Of a stretch of 64,000 nt of DNA, positions 46,972 through 55,378 are shown piece after piece. Position 1 is the stretch's first letter; the number at the start of each line of letters is the position of its first letter. The translations under genes were made by a program, and so were the position numbers. The notes beneath the pieces are model-generated. The model did not search any database, had not been told where the DNA came from, and saw only the letters and a list, made by a program, of their open reading frames with translations. This DNA is from Candidatus Moraniibacteriota bacterium (GTDB taxonomy: Bacteria > Patescibacteriota > Minisyncoccia > Moranbacterales > UBA2206), in the NCBI GenBank assembly GCA_049297495.1, contig JBAQUL010000035.1, forward strand, positions 21,203-85,202. The letters are read 5' to 3'.

Positions 46972-48162
46972 TTAGGTTAAATATTTATCCTTAAACTTCC
47001 CCTCCAAAATTTTCTCGATCTGTTTTTTAAACACATCTCGTCCGCCCAGGCCATAAATGTGGGAATGTATTATGTATGATGTATTATGTATCATGCCTTT
47101 TTTTTCTTCTTCCATACTTGATACATTATACATACTACATAATACTTCTGCGTATAGCGGCGGATGTGAACCAATTGATTGCGCGCGATCCATCACGATT
47201 ATTTCTTTCACTGTAGAGACGCGATTTATCGCGTCTTTGAGCGCATCAAATGCAAACGGACGAAACAGTTCAATTTTCAAAAGTCCGACTTTTTGGCCCT
47301 TCTTCCTTAGGCCATCAATCGCATCCTTGGCCGTACCAGCAACTGATCCGATTAGCACTAAAACTTTTTGGGCATCTCCCGACTCATATTCTTCAAACAA
47401 TCCATATCCCCTTCCACTTATTTTTTTATATTCCTTGGCAATCTTCAAATATTCTTCCGCAACTTTTCCCATCGCCTCTTCTTGATCAATCTTAAACTCA
47501 AAATAGGATTCTTGGAGCGCCACCGGACCATAAGTCACTGGTTTTTCAAGGTCGAGCAATGAATGTTCGGGCTGATACTCTCCAATAAATTTTTTGACAA
47601 GTTTCGCATCCAAAATTTCCAAATTTTCCACGGAGTGCGAAGTATTAAACCCGTCCATAATCACCATCACCGGCAGTCCGACGCGCTCGGCCAGTTTCAT
47701 CCCAATAATTGTTTTGTCATAGACTTCTTGAGGATTTTCACAAAAAATTTGCACCCAGCCGGAGTCGCGACTTCCCATCACATCACTATGATCACCGTGA
47801 ATGCTTAAGGGAGCAGAAAGCGCACGAGCTGCCACAACCATCAGAATTGGCAAACGCATACCGGAAGCCACATAAAGCATTTCATGCATATAGGCGAGTC
47901 CCTGGGAGCTTGTAGCCGTTGCTGTGCGTGCTCCCGCGGCTGACGCGCCAATAGCTGCACTCATTGCGCTGTGTTCAGATTCCACTTCAATCATTTCTGT
48001 TTCCACCTCACCATCCGCCACAAACTTAGCATACGTTTCAATAATCGGCGTCTGCGGGGTAATTGGATAGATCGGCATCACGTCCGGCTCAATCTGCTTC
48101 AAGGCATACGCCGCAGCATAACCACCAGTCAATGCAAGCTGTTTTTTAGTATTAAGTATCAT
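46972..48162 (-). CDS. porA: Pyruvate/2-oxoacid:ferredoxin oxidoreductase alpha subunit
   Basis: ALTGGYAAAYALKQ N-terminus, the PFOR domain I/II pattern, and C-terminal IYGLGGRD. Contains an inverted-repeat insertion near its 3' end. Confidence 0.85.
   Translation of the reverse strand: MILNTKKQLALTGGYAAAYALKQIEPDVMPIYPITPQTPIIETYAKFVADGEVETEMIEVESEHSAMSAAIGASAAGARTATATSSQGLAYMHEMLYVASGMRLPILMVVAARALSAPLSIHGDHSDVMGSRDSGWVQIFCENPQEVYDKTIIGMKLAERVGLPVMVIMDGFNTSHSVENLEILDAKLVKKFIGEYQPEHSLLDLEKPVTYGPVALQESYFEFKIDQEEAMGKVAEEYLKIAKEYKKISGRGYGLFEEYESGDAQKVLVLIGSVAGTAKDAIDGLRKKGQKVGLLKIELFRPFAFDALKDAINRVSTVKEIIVMDRAQSIGSHPPLYAEVLCSMYNVSSMEEEKKGMIHNTSYIIHSHIYGLGGRDVFKKQIEKILEGKFKDKYLT
47065..47145. 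repeat. Inverted repeat of the 'gtattatgtat' family inside the porA coding region (arms 47065-47095 and 47114-47145, 18-nt spacer), read through in-frame as ...SSMEEEKKGMIHNTSYIIHSHIYG
   Basis: Left arm atgtattatgtatgatgtattatgtatcatg. Reverse complement of right arm gtattatgtagtatgtataatgtatcaagtat. No stop codons are introduced. Confidence 0.65.
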
Positions 48163-48580
48163 GTATTATGTATCAAGTATTAAAATTCTTAATTTTCTTT
48201 AGGCCTGTAATTAATTTGTGAACAATGATGGTTTGATTGGCAATTTTATTAAATTCTTCTTTATTTATATGTCCAATATCCCTGCCTACAATTAATTGAT
48301 TCTGTAATTCAGTAAGTGACCCATGGGCTATAGAATAAAATTGGCACTTATCCTTAGCTGTACTTCTACTAAAGCCTTCCGCAACATTAGAAGTAATAGA
48401 TATAGCTGCCCTACGCATTTGACTAACGAGTCCAAATAATTCTTCTCTAGGAAAACTCTTAGTAACTCCGTAAATCATTAAGACTAATTTATGACCTTCC
48501 TGCCAAGCATATAAATCTGTAAATGATTTTATCTTTGCCTTTTCCTCCATACATTATACATAATACTTCATACATACTAC
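48148..48580 (-). mobile_element. Putative TIR-bounded mini-cassette carrying a four-helix-bundle gene, inserted between porD and porA
   Basis: About 32-bp imperfect inverted repeats of the gtattatgtat family at both ends (48148-48185 and 48549-48580). The repeats overlap the porA start codon and the porD stop codon. The same arms occur as cargo-less palindromes at 31779-31829 and 47065-47145. Confidence 0.55.
48173..48550 (-). CDS. Four-helix-bundle protein (TIGR02436 / '23S rRNA intervening-sequence protein' / Avd-like family)
   Basis: AWQEGHKLVLMIYGVTKSFPREELFGLVSQMRRAAISITSNVAEGFSRSTAKDKCQFYSIAHGSLTELQNQL matches the family consensus. Confidence 0.75.
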   Translation of the reverse strand: MEEKAKIKSFTDLYAWQEGHKLVLMIYGVTKSFPREELFGLVSQMRRAAISITSNVAEGFSRSTAKDKCQFYSIAHGSLTELQNQLIVGRDIGHINKEEFNKIANQTIIVHKLITGLKKIKNFNT

Positions 48581-48837
48581 TTCTTCATAATAATCGCGCG
48601 AACTGGACAAACCTGCGCACAGACACCGCAACCCTTGCAAAATTCATAGTCAATATCCGCCTTATCCCGCTTATCGTTTTTATGCTTTTTCATTTCGATG
48701 CATGCATCAGGACAAAACGGCACGCAAGTCGTGCAGCCGATGCACTTATCCTTATCCACTTCCGGCTTCATATACCGCCAAGAGCCAGTCCGGGGAGATT
48801 TTTTGATGTCATGTTTTATGATTGCGCCTTTTTCCAT
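48577..48837 (-). CDS. porD: POR delta subunit: 2x[4Fe-4S] ferredoxin
   Basis: CIGCTTCVPFCP and CKGCGVCAQVCP motifs. Confidence 0.8.
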   Translation of the reverse strand: MEKGAIIKHDIKKSPRTGSWRYMKPEVDKDKCIGCTTCVPFCPDACIEMKKHKNDKRDKADIDYEFCKGCGVCAQVCPVRAIIMKK

Positions 48838-48843
48838 TATGTT

Positions 48844-49878
48844 TTATTCCATTTTAGTATTATCACCAAACCATTTTACATATAATTCGTCATACCTGCC
48901 AGATTCTCGCAATTCCAATAATACTCTATTTATAGCTTCTCGTAAAACAGTTGCACCCTCTTTAACCACGATGCCATAGACATGTGGATTGAAGACATCG
49001 CCCACGATTTCAAATTCTTTCATACCGGCATTTCTGACGAAATAAAGAAGTGAGGGCGCATCAAAAACTACCGCGTCCACCAAGCCTGCTTTCAATTTTT
49101 CATAGGCTTTTTCGATATTCTTCACCGTCACGATTTTGGCGTTCAATTTCCTCAAGACCTCAACGCTGATTGTTTTTTCGACTGTCGCGACATTTTTTCC
49201 CACCAGATCCTTGTGTCCACTGATATTGCCTTGCAATTTTGACATTGTGATGAGTGAGCTAGTTTCAGCAATAAAAAAACCAAAAATAATGTATCCGCCA
49301 AGAATCACCACTGTGCTAAAAATCCTACCAATCCAAGATTGAGGAACAAAATCTCCATAACCAACGGTACTCATTGCCACAATCGCCCACCAAAATGACT
49401 CAAAAATTCCCGGAAAATAATGGCTATTAAACGTTCCCGTATTCTTCTCCGCAAACCAAACAATATTTCCAAATACTCCGATAAAAAGAGCGATGCCAAA
49501 AATAGCTTCCAATATTTTTTTATACCCATTCTTGATTAGATTTCTAATTGTAATAAAAATATTGATATTTTTGTTACTAGAAACCAACACTAAGAGTCCT
49601 GATTCAAGCGTATTATGGGAAAAATCAATAATCTCTTCTCGCTCTTTATTAATGGTTATTCCAGCTAGCGCCAAATCCGCTTTCCCATCACAGACATTGT
49701 CGAATATGCTAGAAAAACCAACTTTTTTATATTGAAAATCCAACTTCAGCCTTCGGGCAATCATGCCCCAAAGCTCGATTTCAAAACCAGAAAAATTCCT
49801 CCCTTTTTTCATCACTAAAGGTGGAATTTCGCTTACAGCAACAGTTAAAATTGCTTTCTTAGTAACACTATTTTTCAT
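48844..49878 (-). CDS. GluR0-type ionotropic glutamate-receptor-like K+ channel (periplasmic-binding-protein fold interrupted by a pore module)
   Basis: S1 lobe (ADLALAGITINKEREEIIDFS). M1-pore helix-selectivity filter AMSTVGYGDFVP-M2. S2 lobe (DAVVFDAPSLLYFV...). Confidence 0.7.
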   Translation of the reverse strand: MKNSVTKKAILTVAVSEIPPLVMKKGRNFSGFEIELWGMIARRLKLDFQYKKVGFSSIFDNVCDGKADLALAGITINKEREEIIDFSHNTLESGLLVLVSSNKNINIFITIRNLIKNGYKKILEAIFGIALFIGVFGNIVWFAEKNTGTFNSHYFPGIFESFWWAIVAMSTVGYGDFVPQSWIGRIFSTVVILGGYIIFGFFIAETSSLITMSKLQGNISGHKDLVGKNVATVEKTISVEVLRKLNAKIVTVKNIEKAYEKLKAGLVDAVVFDAPSLLYFVRNAGMKEFEIVGDVFNPHVYGIVVKEGATVLREAINRVLLELRESGRYDELYVKWFGDNTKME

Positions 49879-49912
49879 TAATTTTTGTTTTTATTTCCCA
49901 CTTATCCAGCCG

Positions 49913-50461
49913 TCAAATCGCATCGTATGCCTTCTCAATCGCTAAAATATTTTTTTCACAATTTTCTTTGCCGATTTTAGCTTCGAAAATTTTGCGAAAT
50001 TCTTCCAAGATACTTTCCAGTTTGACAACTTCCGTCACTTTGATAATTTTACCAAGAATTACCGTGTTTGGTCTTGGTTGACCAACAATGGCCATGGAAA
50101 TTCCATTAGCATCTACGGCGTGAATTTTTCCGTCAAAACGAATCAGGTCTCGAATTTCATGCGGGCTTTTGGTAGAATTAATAATCAATGCCTCATTTTT
50201 GTCCAACCCTTCAGTTACTTTCTGACTAGAAAGCAACGTATCATCCAAGACTACCACCACATCGGGATCAATGACTGGCTCTTTGGTGCGAATAGCTTTA
50301 TCGGAAATGCGCAAATAGGTCTTAGTCGGCGCACCGCTTCTTTCCGGCCCAAAATTGGGAAAAGTTTGCACAAAATTGCCCTCAAGCACTGCCGCTTGCG
50401 CAATAATTTCCGCCGCGGTTTTTGCCCCTTGCCCACCCCGCGCAAAAAAGATGATTTCCAT
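49913..50461 (-). CDS. porG: POR gamma subunit
   Basis: MEIIFFARGGQGAKTAAEI. ATG at 50461 with SD aagga. The track's ORF starts further upstream at a TTG. Confidence 0.8.
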   Translation of the reverse strand: MEIIFFARGGQGAKTAAEIIAQAAVLEGNFVQTFPNFGPERSGAPTKTYLRISDKAIRTKEPVIDPDVVVVLDDTLLSSQKVTEGLDKNEALIINSTKSPHEIRDLIRFDGKIHAVDANGISMAIVGQPRPNTVILGKIIKVTEVVKLESILEEFRKIFEAKIGKENCEKNILAIEKAYDAI

Positions 50462-50518
50462 TGTGTCCTTATGATATTTCATAGGATTAGTATAGCATAA
50501 ATTCTGATTCAATTGTAG

Positions 50519-50592
50519 AGACGCCCGCTGGGGCGTCTAGAATTATCATTTTTTCATAACAACACAAAAAAGACGCCCCGACGGGGGCGTCT
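50519..50592. terminator. Twin GC-rich hairpins sharing the same stem (agacgccc-gctg-gggcgtct at 50519-50538; agacgcccc-gac-gggggcgtct at 50571-50592); the second is a strong terminator for dsbA
   Basis: Second hairpin is preceded by AAAAAA on the plus strand, which is a T-run on the minus strand just after the dsbA stop. Read directly. Confidence 0.6.
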
Positions 50593-50614
50593 TTACGTGA
50601 ATCAAAACAGAACC

Positions 50615-51667
50615 TTATTTAATCAATTCCGCCTCAATTGATGCTTTCAGTTGCTCGTAGGAAACAGCACCTTCTTGAAATTGATCATTCACGAAGACAC
50701 CTGGCGTCCCAGAAATAGCAAAACTATCTGCTTCCTTTTTATCACTGTCAATCCTGTCTTGATATTTCTTACTATCCAAGCACTGGTTAAACTTAGCACT
50801 ATCCAATTTTAAAATTCTTGCGTATTCCTTGAATTTATTCACATCCTTAGTCCCACCCCAAACTGTTTGATCGGCATAAAGTTTGTCAGCGTATTCCCAA
50901 AATTTTTCTTGTTCTAAGGCGCATGCAGAGGCAAGCGCGGCACTATTGGCTTGAGGATGAATTTCGAGTGGTAAAAATTTATAATCAAACACAACCCTGT
51001 CGCCATAATTTTTAATAGCATCTCGCATCGCTTTGTGAAAAAGCTTACAATAGGGGCATTGAAAATCAGAAAAAACTATCACCTTAACTTTGGTCTCGAC
51101 TGACCCAGTGATAGCATCACCTTCATTGATTGTGGGAGTGGCAAGATATTTTCCCACAGGAATCCCGATATCCTGCGTCCGCAAAGAAAACTGACTATTC
51201 TTTTCATCAAAAAGAGTTTTCGCCTGTGTATAGAAATCAGTTTTTGTCACAGGTTCTGCGAAAATAAAAGCTGGCAATGTTTTTATTCCAAATCTCTTAA
51301 TCAACTCCTTACCGTTGTCTGATTTATAGTCAACTTTTTCAGTTGAGACAGTTGGCACAATGCGACGAAGCCAAACTAATACTTCGGAAACATCACATTT
51401 TTCACATGCATCATCATTAATCACTGAAACTGTAACCGCTGGCTCACTATAGGCCACCCATGTTTTTCCACTAGCTTCGAAAATATCAGACTTGTTAAGA
51501 TTTTTTGCAGAAAAACCACTTTTACTTACAAGCTGCGCGGTATCAATGAAAAGGCTCCCCAAAAACATTCCCAGAAGCAAGATTATAATGGAAACCAAAT
51601 TTTGCATTTTCTTTTTTTGCTCCAGAATCTCCTTTGCCTCGATTTCTTTTTGCATATCCTCTTCCAT
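50615..51667 (-). CDS. Membrane-anchored thiol:disulfide oxidoreductase, DsbA family
   Basis: N-terminal TM, FSDFQCPYCKLFH (CPYC) thioredoxin-fold active site, and a DsbA-like helical insertion. Confidence 0.7.
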   Translation of the reverse strand: MEEDMQKEIEAKEILEQKKKMQNLVSIIILLLGMFLGSLFIDTAQLVSKSGFSAKNLNKSDIFEASGKTWVAYSEPAVTVSVINDDACEKCDVSEVLVWLRRIVPTVSTEKVDYKSDNGKELIKRFGIKTLPAFIFAEPVTKTDFYTQAKTLFDEKNSQFSLRTQDIGIPVGKYLATPTINEGDAITGSVETKVKVIVFSDFQCPYCKLFHKAMRDAIKNYGDRVVFDYKFLPLEIHPQANSAALASACALEQEKFWEYADKLYADQTVWGGTKDVNKFKEYARILKLDSAKFNQCLDSKKYQDRIDSDKKEADSFAISGTPGVFVNDQFQEGAVSYEQLKASIEAELIK

Positions 51668-51694
51668 AAGCTTATTTTAGATTATTTAAAAAAT

Positions 51695-52204
51695 TTAATT
51701 TCCTTCTTGATTAATCGCCTCTCCCGTGCTAGCCGGAGCAGCTGAATCATCCATACTTCCTGAATCATCGACACTGCCCTGTTCTTGCGATTTCGCATCA
51801 TCCTCAATTTGCTTTTGCAACTTAGTCTGAATCTCGTTAATATCAAAACTTTGCGGTTTTATCTTCATCAAATAGTCATCATAGCCAATAGTAATTTTTT
51901 TTAGTGCTTCAGCTTTAAATGCGATACCGACCAAAAATCCAAGTATTAGTGTGAGAATAAGGCGTGAACGCAGTTCTGATTTAGTTTTTTTAGCACGCGC
52001 TTCTTTTTCAATTTCATCATCTCCACCGATAGATTCTACCACATTTTCTTTCTGCAAATCTTCCTCTTTGACCGCTTGAGAAATTTCAGCATCTTGAATC
52101 TTATTTTCTTCGTTAGTTTCCATACTTCGATACGACGAAGCTTTCTCTTGGTTTACCGTCGCTCTCTTACCCACCAAACACCTGAGGGTAGAGAGTTTTT
52201 GCAA
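51695..52204 (-). CDS. Hypothetical protein with one TM segment and an acidic C-terminal tail
   Basis: ORF only. LILTLILGFLVGIAF TM segment. Confidence 0.35.
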   Translation of the reverse strand: MQKLSTLRCLVGKRATVNQEKASSYRSMETNEENKIQDAEISQAVKEEDLQKENVVESIGGDDEIEKEARAKKTKSELRSRLILTLILGFLVGIAFKAEALKKITIGYDDYLMKIKPQSFDINEIQTKLQKQIEDDAKSQEQGSVDDSGSMDDSAAPASTGEAINQEGN

Positions 52205-52326
52205 AGAAGATTGGCGTAGTCGATTTATGACTTATGCTTTCTTAAGTTCCTTGCTAGCAGTCTACCACAAACAAAAAAGCGCTACAACTTGCGCTTTTTT
52301 AGGATTTATTGTGTAATTTTTCAAGG

Positions 52327-53580
52327 CTAATCCTTGCGCAAAGCCTCCATCGGGCTTAAGCGCGAAGCCGCGCGGGCAGGATAATAGCCAAAAATTACGC
52401 CTGTGGCGACAGAAAAACTAACTGCAAGACTGATCGCATTAGCACTAAGATTAAAATTAATGGGAAAACCAAAAGAAGCGGATGCATAGGAAAGAACCAG
52501 AAGTAAAAGATAGCCCAAAATGATTCCAACCATTCCGCCGAAAAAAGTGATGAAAATTGCTTCCCAAAGAAACTGGCGCAAGATATTTTTCGACTTAGCC
52601 CCAACAGCTTTGCGCAGACCAATCTCAAATGTCCGTTCTGCCACAGCCACATACATCACATTCATAATTCCCACTCCGCCTACAACCAGAGAAATAGAAG
52701 TAAGCGCCAAAAGCAAAATATTAATTGTTTTGAAAACTTTTTCAATTGTCGCCTGAGCCTCTTTAATTGAAGTTACACCAAAATCATCCTTATCCGGATC
52801 GGTGATTTTATGCAATCGTCGCATCTCGTCCGTGAGATCCCTTGCAGTCATATCGATTAATTTTTCATCGCGCACTTTGACCATGATAAAACGAATATAC
52901 TCGATGCCCAAAAGTTTCTTTTGCATCGTTTGCACTGGGACATAAATTAAATCATCATAATTAAAACCGGCCACCGCACCTCGCTCAGAAGCAACGCCAA
53001 CCACCTTATAGTTCTGATTATTGATTTTGATATTTTCCCCTAAAGGATTGTCATCGCCAAAAAACGCCTCAGCAATATTACTGCCGACCACTGCCACTTG
53101 CGCCAAACTCCTATCATCTTCCTCGGAAAAAAATGCTCCTCCGGAAAGTTTCGTATTTTGATCAATTTGATTATACTGCGCTCCGACGCCAAACAGAAAT
53201 GCGCGCTTATTACTGTTTTGATAGCTGACTAATTCTTGTGTCATAGTGCCTGGCGCGTAAGCCGCAACATTTGGCAATTTGCCAAGTTCCTTAGCATCAT
53301 CAATTGTCATGGTTGTGATTTGAATGCCCGTCGCCTGACCCATGGCATTTTGCGTGGAGGCTTTTCCTGTGGCCGGAACTTTGACTTCAACTTGAATCAG
53401 ATCAGTGCCAAAGGTGCCAACTTGACCTAAAATGAAACCTTTCACGCCTTGTCCCAAAGAACTCACCAAAATAACAGCAATTACTCCGATCACCACGCCA
53501 ACCAACGTCAAAATTGTCCGCCCCAGATTCGAGCGAAGATTTTTGAAGGCCAGTTTGATTGAAACGATTAGTTCATGCAT
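52327..53580 (-). CDS. ABC transporter permease, MacB/FtsX family
   Basis: MacB_PCD periplasmic domain plus FtsX C-terminal four-TM. Start at MHELIVSIKLAFKNLRSNLGRTILTL. Confidence 0.85.
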   Translation of the reverse strand: MHELIVSIKLAFKNLRSNLGRTILTLVGVVIGVIAVILVSSLGQGVKGFILGQVGTFGTDLIQVEVKVPATGKASTQNAMGQATGIQITTMTIDDAKELGKLPNVAAYAPGTMTQELVSYQNSNKRAFLFGVGAQYNQIDQNTKLSGGAFFSEEDDRSLAQVAVVGSNIAEAFFGDDNPLGENIKINNQNYKVVGVASERGAVAGFNYDDLIYVPVQTMQKKLLGIEYIRFIMVKVRDEKLIDMTARDLTDEMRRLHKITDPDKDDFGVTSIKEAQATIEKVFKTINILLLALTSISLVVGGVGIMNVMYVAVAERTFEIGLRKAVGAKSKNILRQFLWEAIFITFFGGMVGIILGYLLLLVLSYASASFGFPINFNLSANAISLAVSFSVATGVIFGYYPARAASRLSPMEALRKD

Positions 53581-53585
53581 AATAT

Positions 53586-53662
53586 TAATTTCAAAGCTCA
53601 AATTTCCAATCAAATCCAAAATTCAAAGCTCAAAAAATTTTTGACATTAGGATTTGGAAATT
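53586..53662. repeat. Solo palindromic element of the aatttccaat family between the two permease genes
   Basis: aatttcaaagctcaaatttccaatcaaatccaaaattcaaagctcaaaaaatttttgacattaggatttggaaattc. Confidence 0.65.
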
Positions 53663-54904
53663 CTACTCGTACCGCAGCGCTTCCATCGGAGAAATTTTTG
53701 AAGCTTTGCGGGCAGGATAGATTCCAAAAATAAGACCGATCACCACCGAAACAGATGTAGCCAGAAGCATAGAACTCAGAGTAACAATAAATTCCCAATC
53801 ATAGCCCAGACTCTTGATGATTATGGCAGCCAGAAAAGCCACGAGGATTCCAAAAATTATGCCTAAAATTCCACCAATTAGCGTGATAAAAATCGCTTCA
53901 ATCAAAAACTGAGAAATAATATGGACATTTTTTGCGCCAACCGCCTTTCGCAGGCCAACTTCTCGTACTCGCTGATGCACAGAGATCAGCATAATATTCA
54001 TTATCCCCACTCCGCCCACAACAAGCGAAATGGCCGCTACTGCCGCCAGAAAATACTTGAGCACATTTGTCACGGTTGTGAGCGTTTCAATCGCTTGAGC
54101 ACTATTTCTTACTGAAAAATCATCACTCGCGCCCTCTTTTATCCGATGCCGTTCACGCAAAGTTTTCTTCACATCGATTACAGCGCGATCGATATTGCTT
54201 TGTGCATCAATCTTGATCCGCATAAAATTGAGATAATCAATACCAAGAAGCAATTTCTGCCCACTAAATAAGGGCACATAAATCATATCATCTGTATTGG
54301 AAAAACCGACTGACCCTCGCTCTGAGAGAACTCCGACCACAGTGAAACTCAAATCTTTCAGCGTAATTGTTTTTCCGATGGAATCAACATTTGGAAAAAG
54401 ATCATGAGCGCGATTGGAACCAAGGACTGCCACATGCGCTAAATTTGTGTCCTCTTCTTTAATAAAAAATCTCCCGGATTGCAACTTAATATCCTCGACA
54501 TCAAGCAGGCTGGCTGTCACTCCCTGATAACTGGTCTGATATGATCCGCTTTTACTTTTCACTGTCGCTGAACCAGTCACATAAGCTGTGACGGCAGAAA
54601 GATTGGGCACATTTCTTTTTTGCTCCAACGCTAAAAGATCGGCATATTTCAGAGTCGTCACCACAATTCCCATGGCTGAGGCCGGTGGACCATCTTCCTC
54701 CGATGCTCCGGGCAAAACTCCAATCAAATTTGATCCAACGCCGGAAACCTGACTAATAACCAATTTTTGCGCACTCCCGCCAATCGCCATTACCACAATC
54801 ACGGAAGCAATCCCGATAATGATTCCTAGAATTGTCAAAAAAGAGCGGAATTTGGCCGCTACTAGATTTTTGTAGGATATTTTAATTGGAGAAAGGATAT
54901 TCAT
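53663..54904 (-). CDS. ABC transporter permease, MacB/FtsX family (second paralog)
   Basis: Start at MNILSPIKISYKNLVAAKFRSFLTILG. MacB_PCD plus FtsX domains. Confidence 0.85.
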   Translation of the reverse strand: MNILSPIKISYKNLVAAKFRSFLTILGIIIGIASVIVVMAIGGSAQKLVISQVSGVGSNLIGVLPGASEEDGPPASAMGIVVTTLKYADLLALEQKRNVPNLSAVTAYVTGSATVKSKSGSYQTSYQGVTASLLDVEDIKLQSGRFFIKEEDTNLAHVAVLGSNRAHDLFPNVDSIGKTITLKDLSFTVVGVLSERGSVGFSNTDDMIYVPLFSGQKLLLGIDYLNFMRIKIDAQSNIDRAVIDVKKTLRERHRIKEGASDDFSVRNSAQAIETLTTVTNVLKYFLAAVAAISLVVGGVGIMNIMLISVHQRVREVGLRKAVGAKNVHIISQFLIEAIFITLIGGILGIIFGILVAFLAAIIIKSLGYDWEFIVTLSSMLLATSVSVVIGLIFGIYPARKASKISPMEALRYE

Positions 54905-54946
54905 AAATTCCAAGAAACAAGATAATGTCTTTAATTTCAAAATTCT

Positions 54947-55378
54947 AATTTCCAATTTCCAATCAATTTCAAAATCAAAATGTCAAACTATTTTTTCTTA
55001 CTAATTGATGAAAATATTAGTGTTAGTTCATGAGCTTCTTGCCATAATTTTCTGCATTTTTCTTTCTTGTCTGGATTTGCGATTGCAAACATATGCAGCC
55101 AATGAGTAGTTTCTTTTGCTTCTTTCTTGCAAATACTGATTTTATGCTGAAAATCTTTTTTTGATTCAGCACAGTCAGCTTCCATATAATTAGCACCGAT
55201 ACTTGTTGCGGATCTAATTAATTGACTTATGAGTGGTCGATTTATAGTATTTTCCTGAATTGTTTTTATGAATAAAATAATTTCTCCACCAAACTTGGAA
55301 GTTCTTTCAACTAAATCATACTTTTTATCATTTGGATTTTGAATTTTGTTTGGCATTGGGAATTGGAAATTGGAAATT
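54947..55378 (-). mobile_element. Putative TIR-bounded mini-cassette carrying a four-helix-bundle gene, inserted between the ABC ATPase and permease genes
   Basis: Perfect 17-bp terminal inverted repeats aatttccaatttccaat (54947-54963) and attggaaattggaaatt (55362-55378). The right TIR overlaps the ATPase stop codon. Cargo-less relatives lie at 9913-10028, 53586-53662 and 57812-57941. Confidence 0.6.
54988..55356 (-). CDS. Four-helix-bundle protein (TIGR02436 / IVS-protein / Avd-like family), second copy, divergent from the first
   Basis: KKYDLVERTSKFGGEIILFIKTI...ISQLIRSATSIGANYMEADCAESKKDFQHKISICKKEAKETTHWLHM matches the family consensus. Confidence 0.7.
   Translation of the reverse strand: MPNKIQNPNDKKYDLVERTSKFGGEIILFIKTIQENTINRPLISQLIRSATSIGANYMEADCAESKKDFQHKISICKKEAKETTHWLHMFAIANPDKKEKCRKLWQEAHELTLIFSSISKKK

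Noticed and set aside
48173-55356. Diversity-generating retroelement around the Avd-like four-helix-bundle genes
   Set aside because: I looked for a reverse transcriptase and for template/variable repeat pairs near both genes. None is present in the window.
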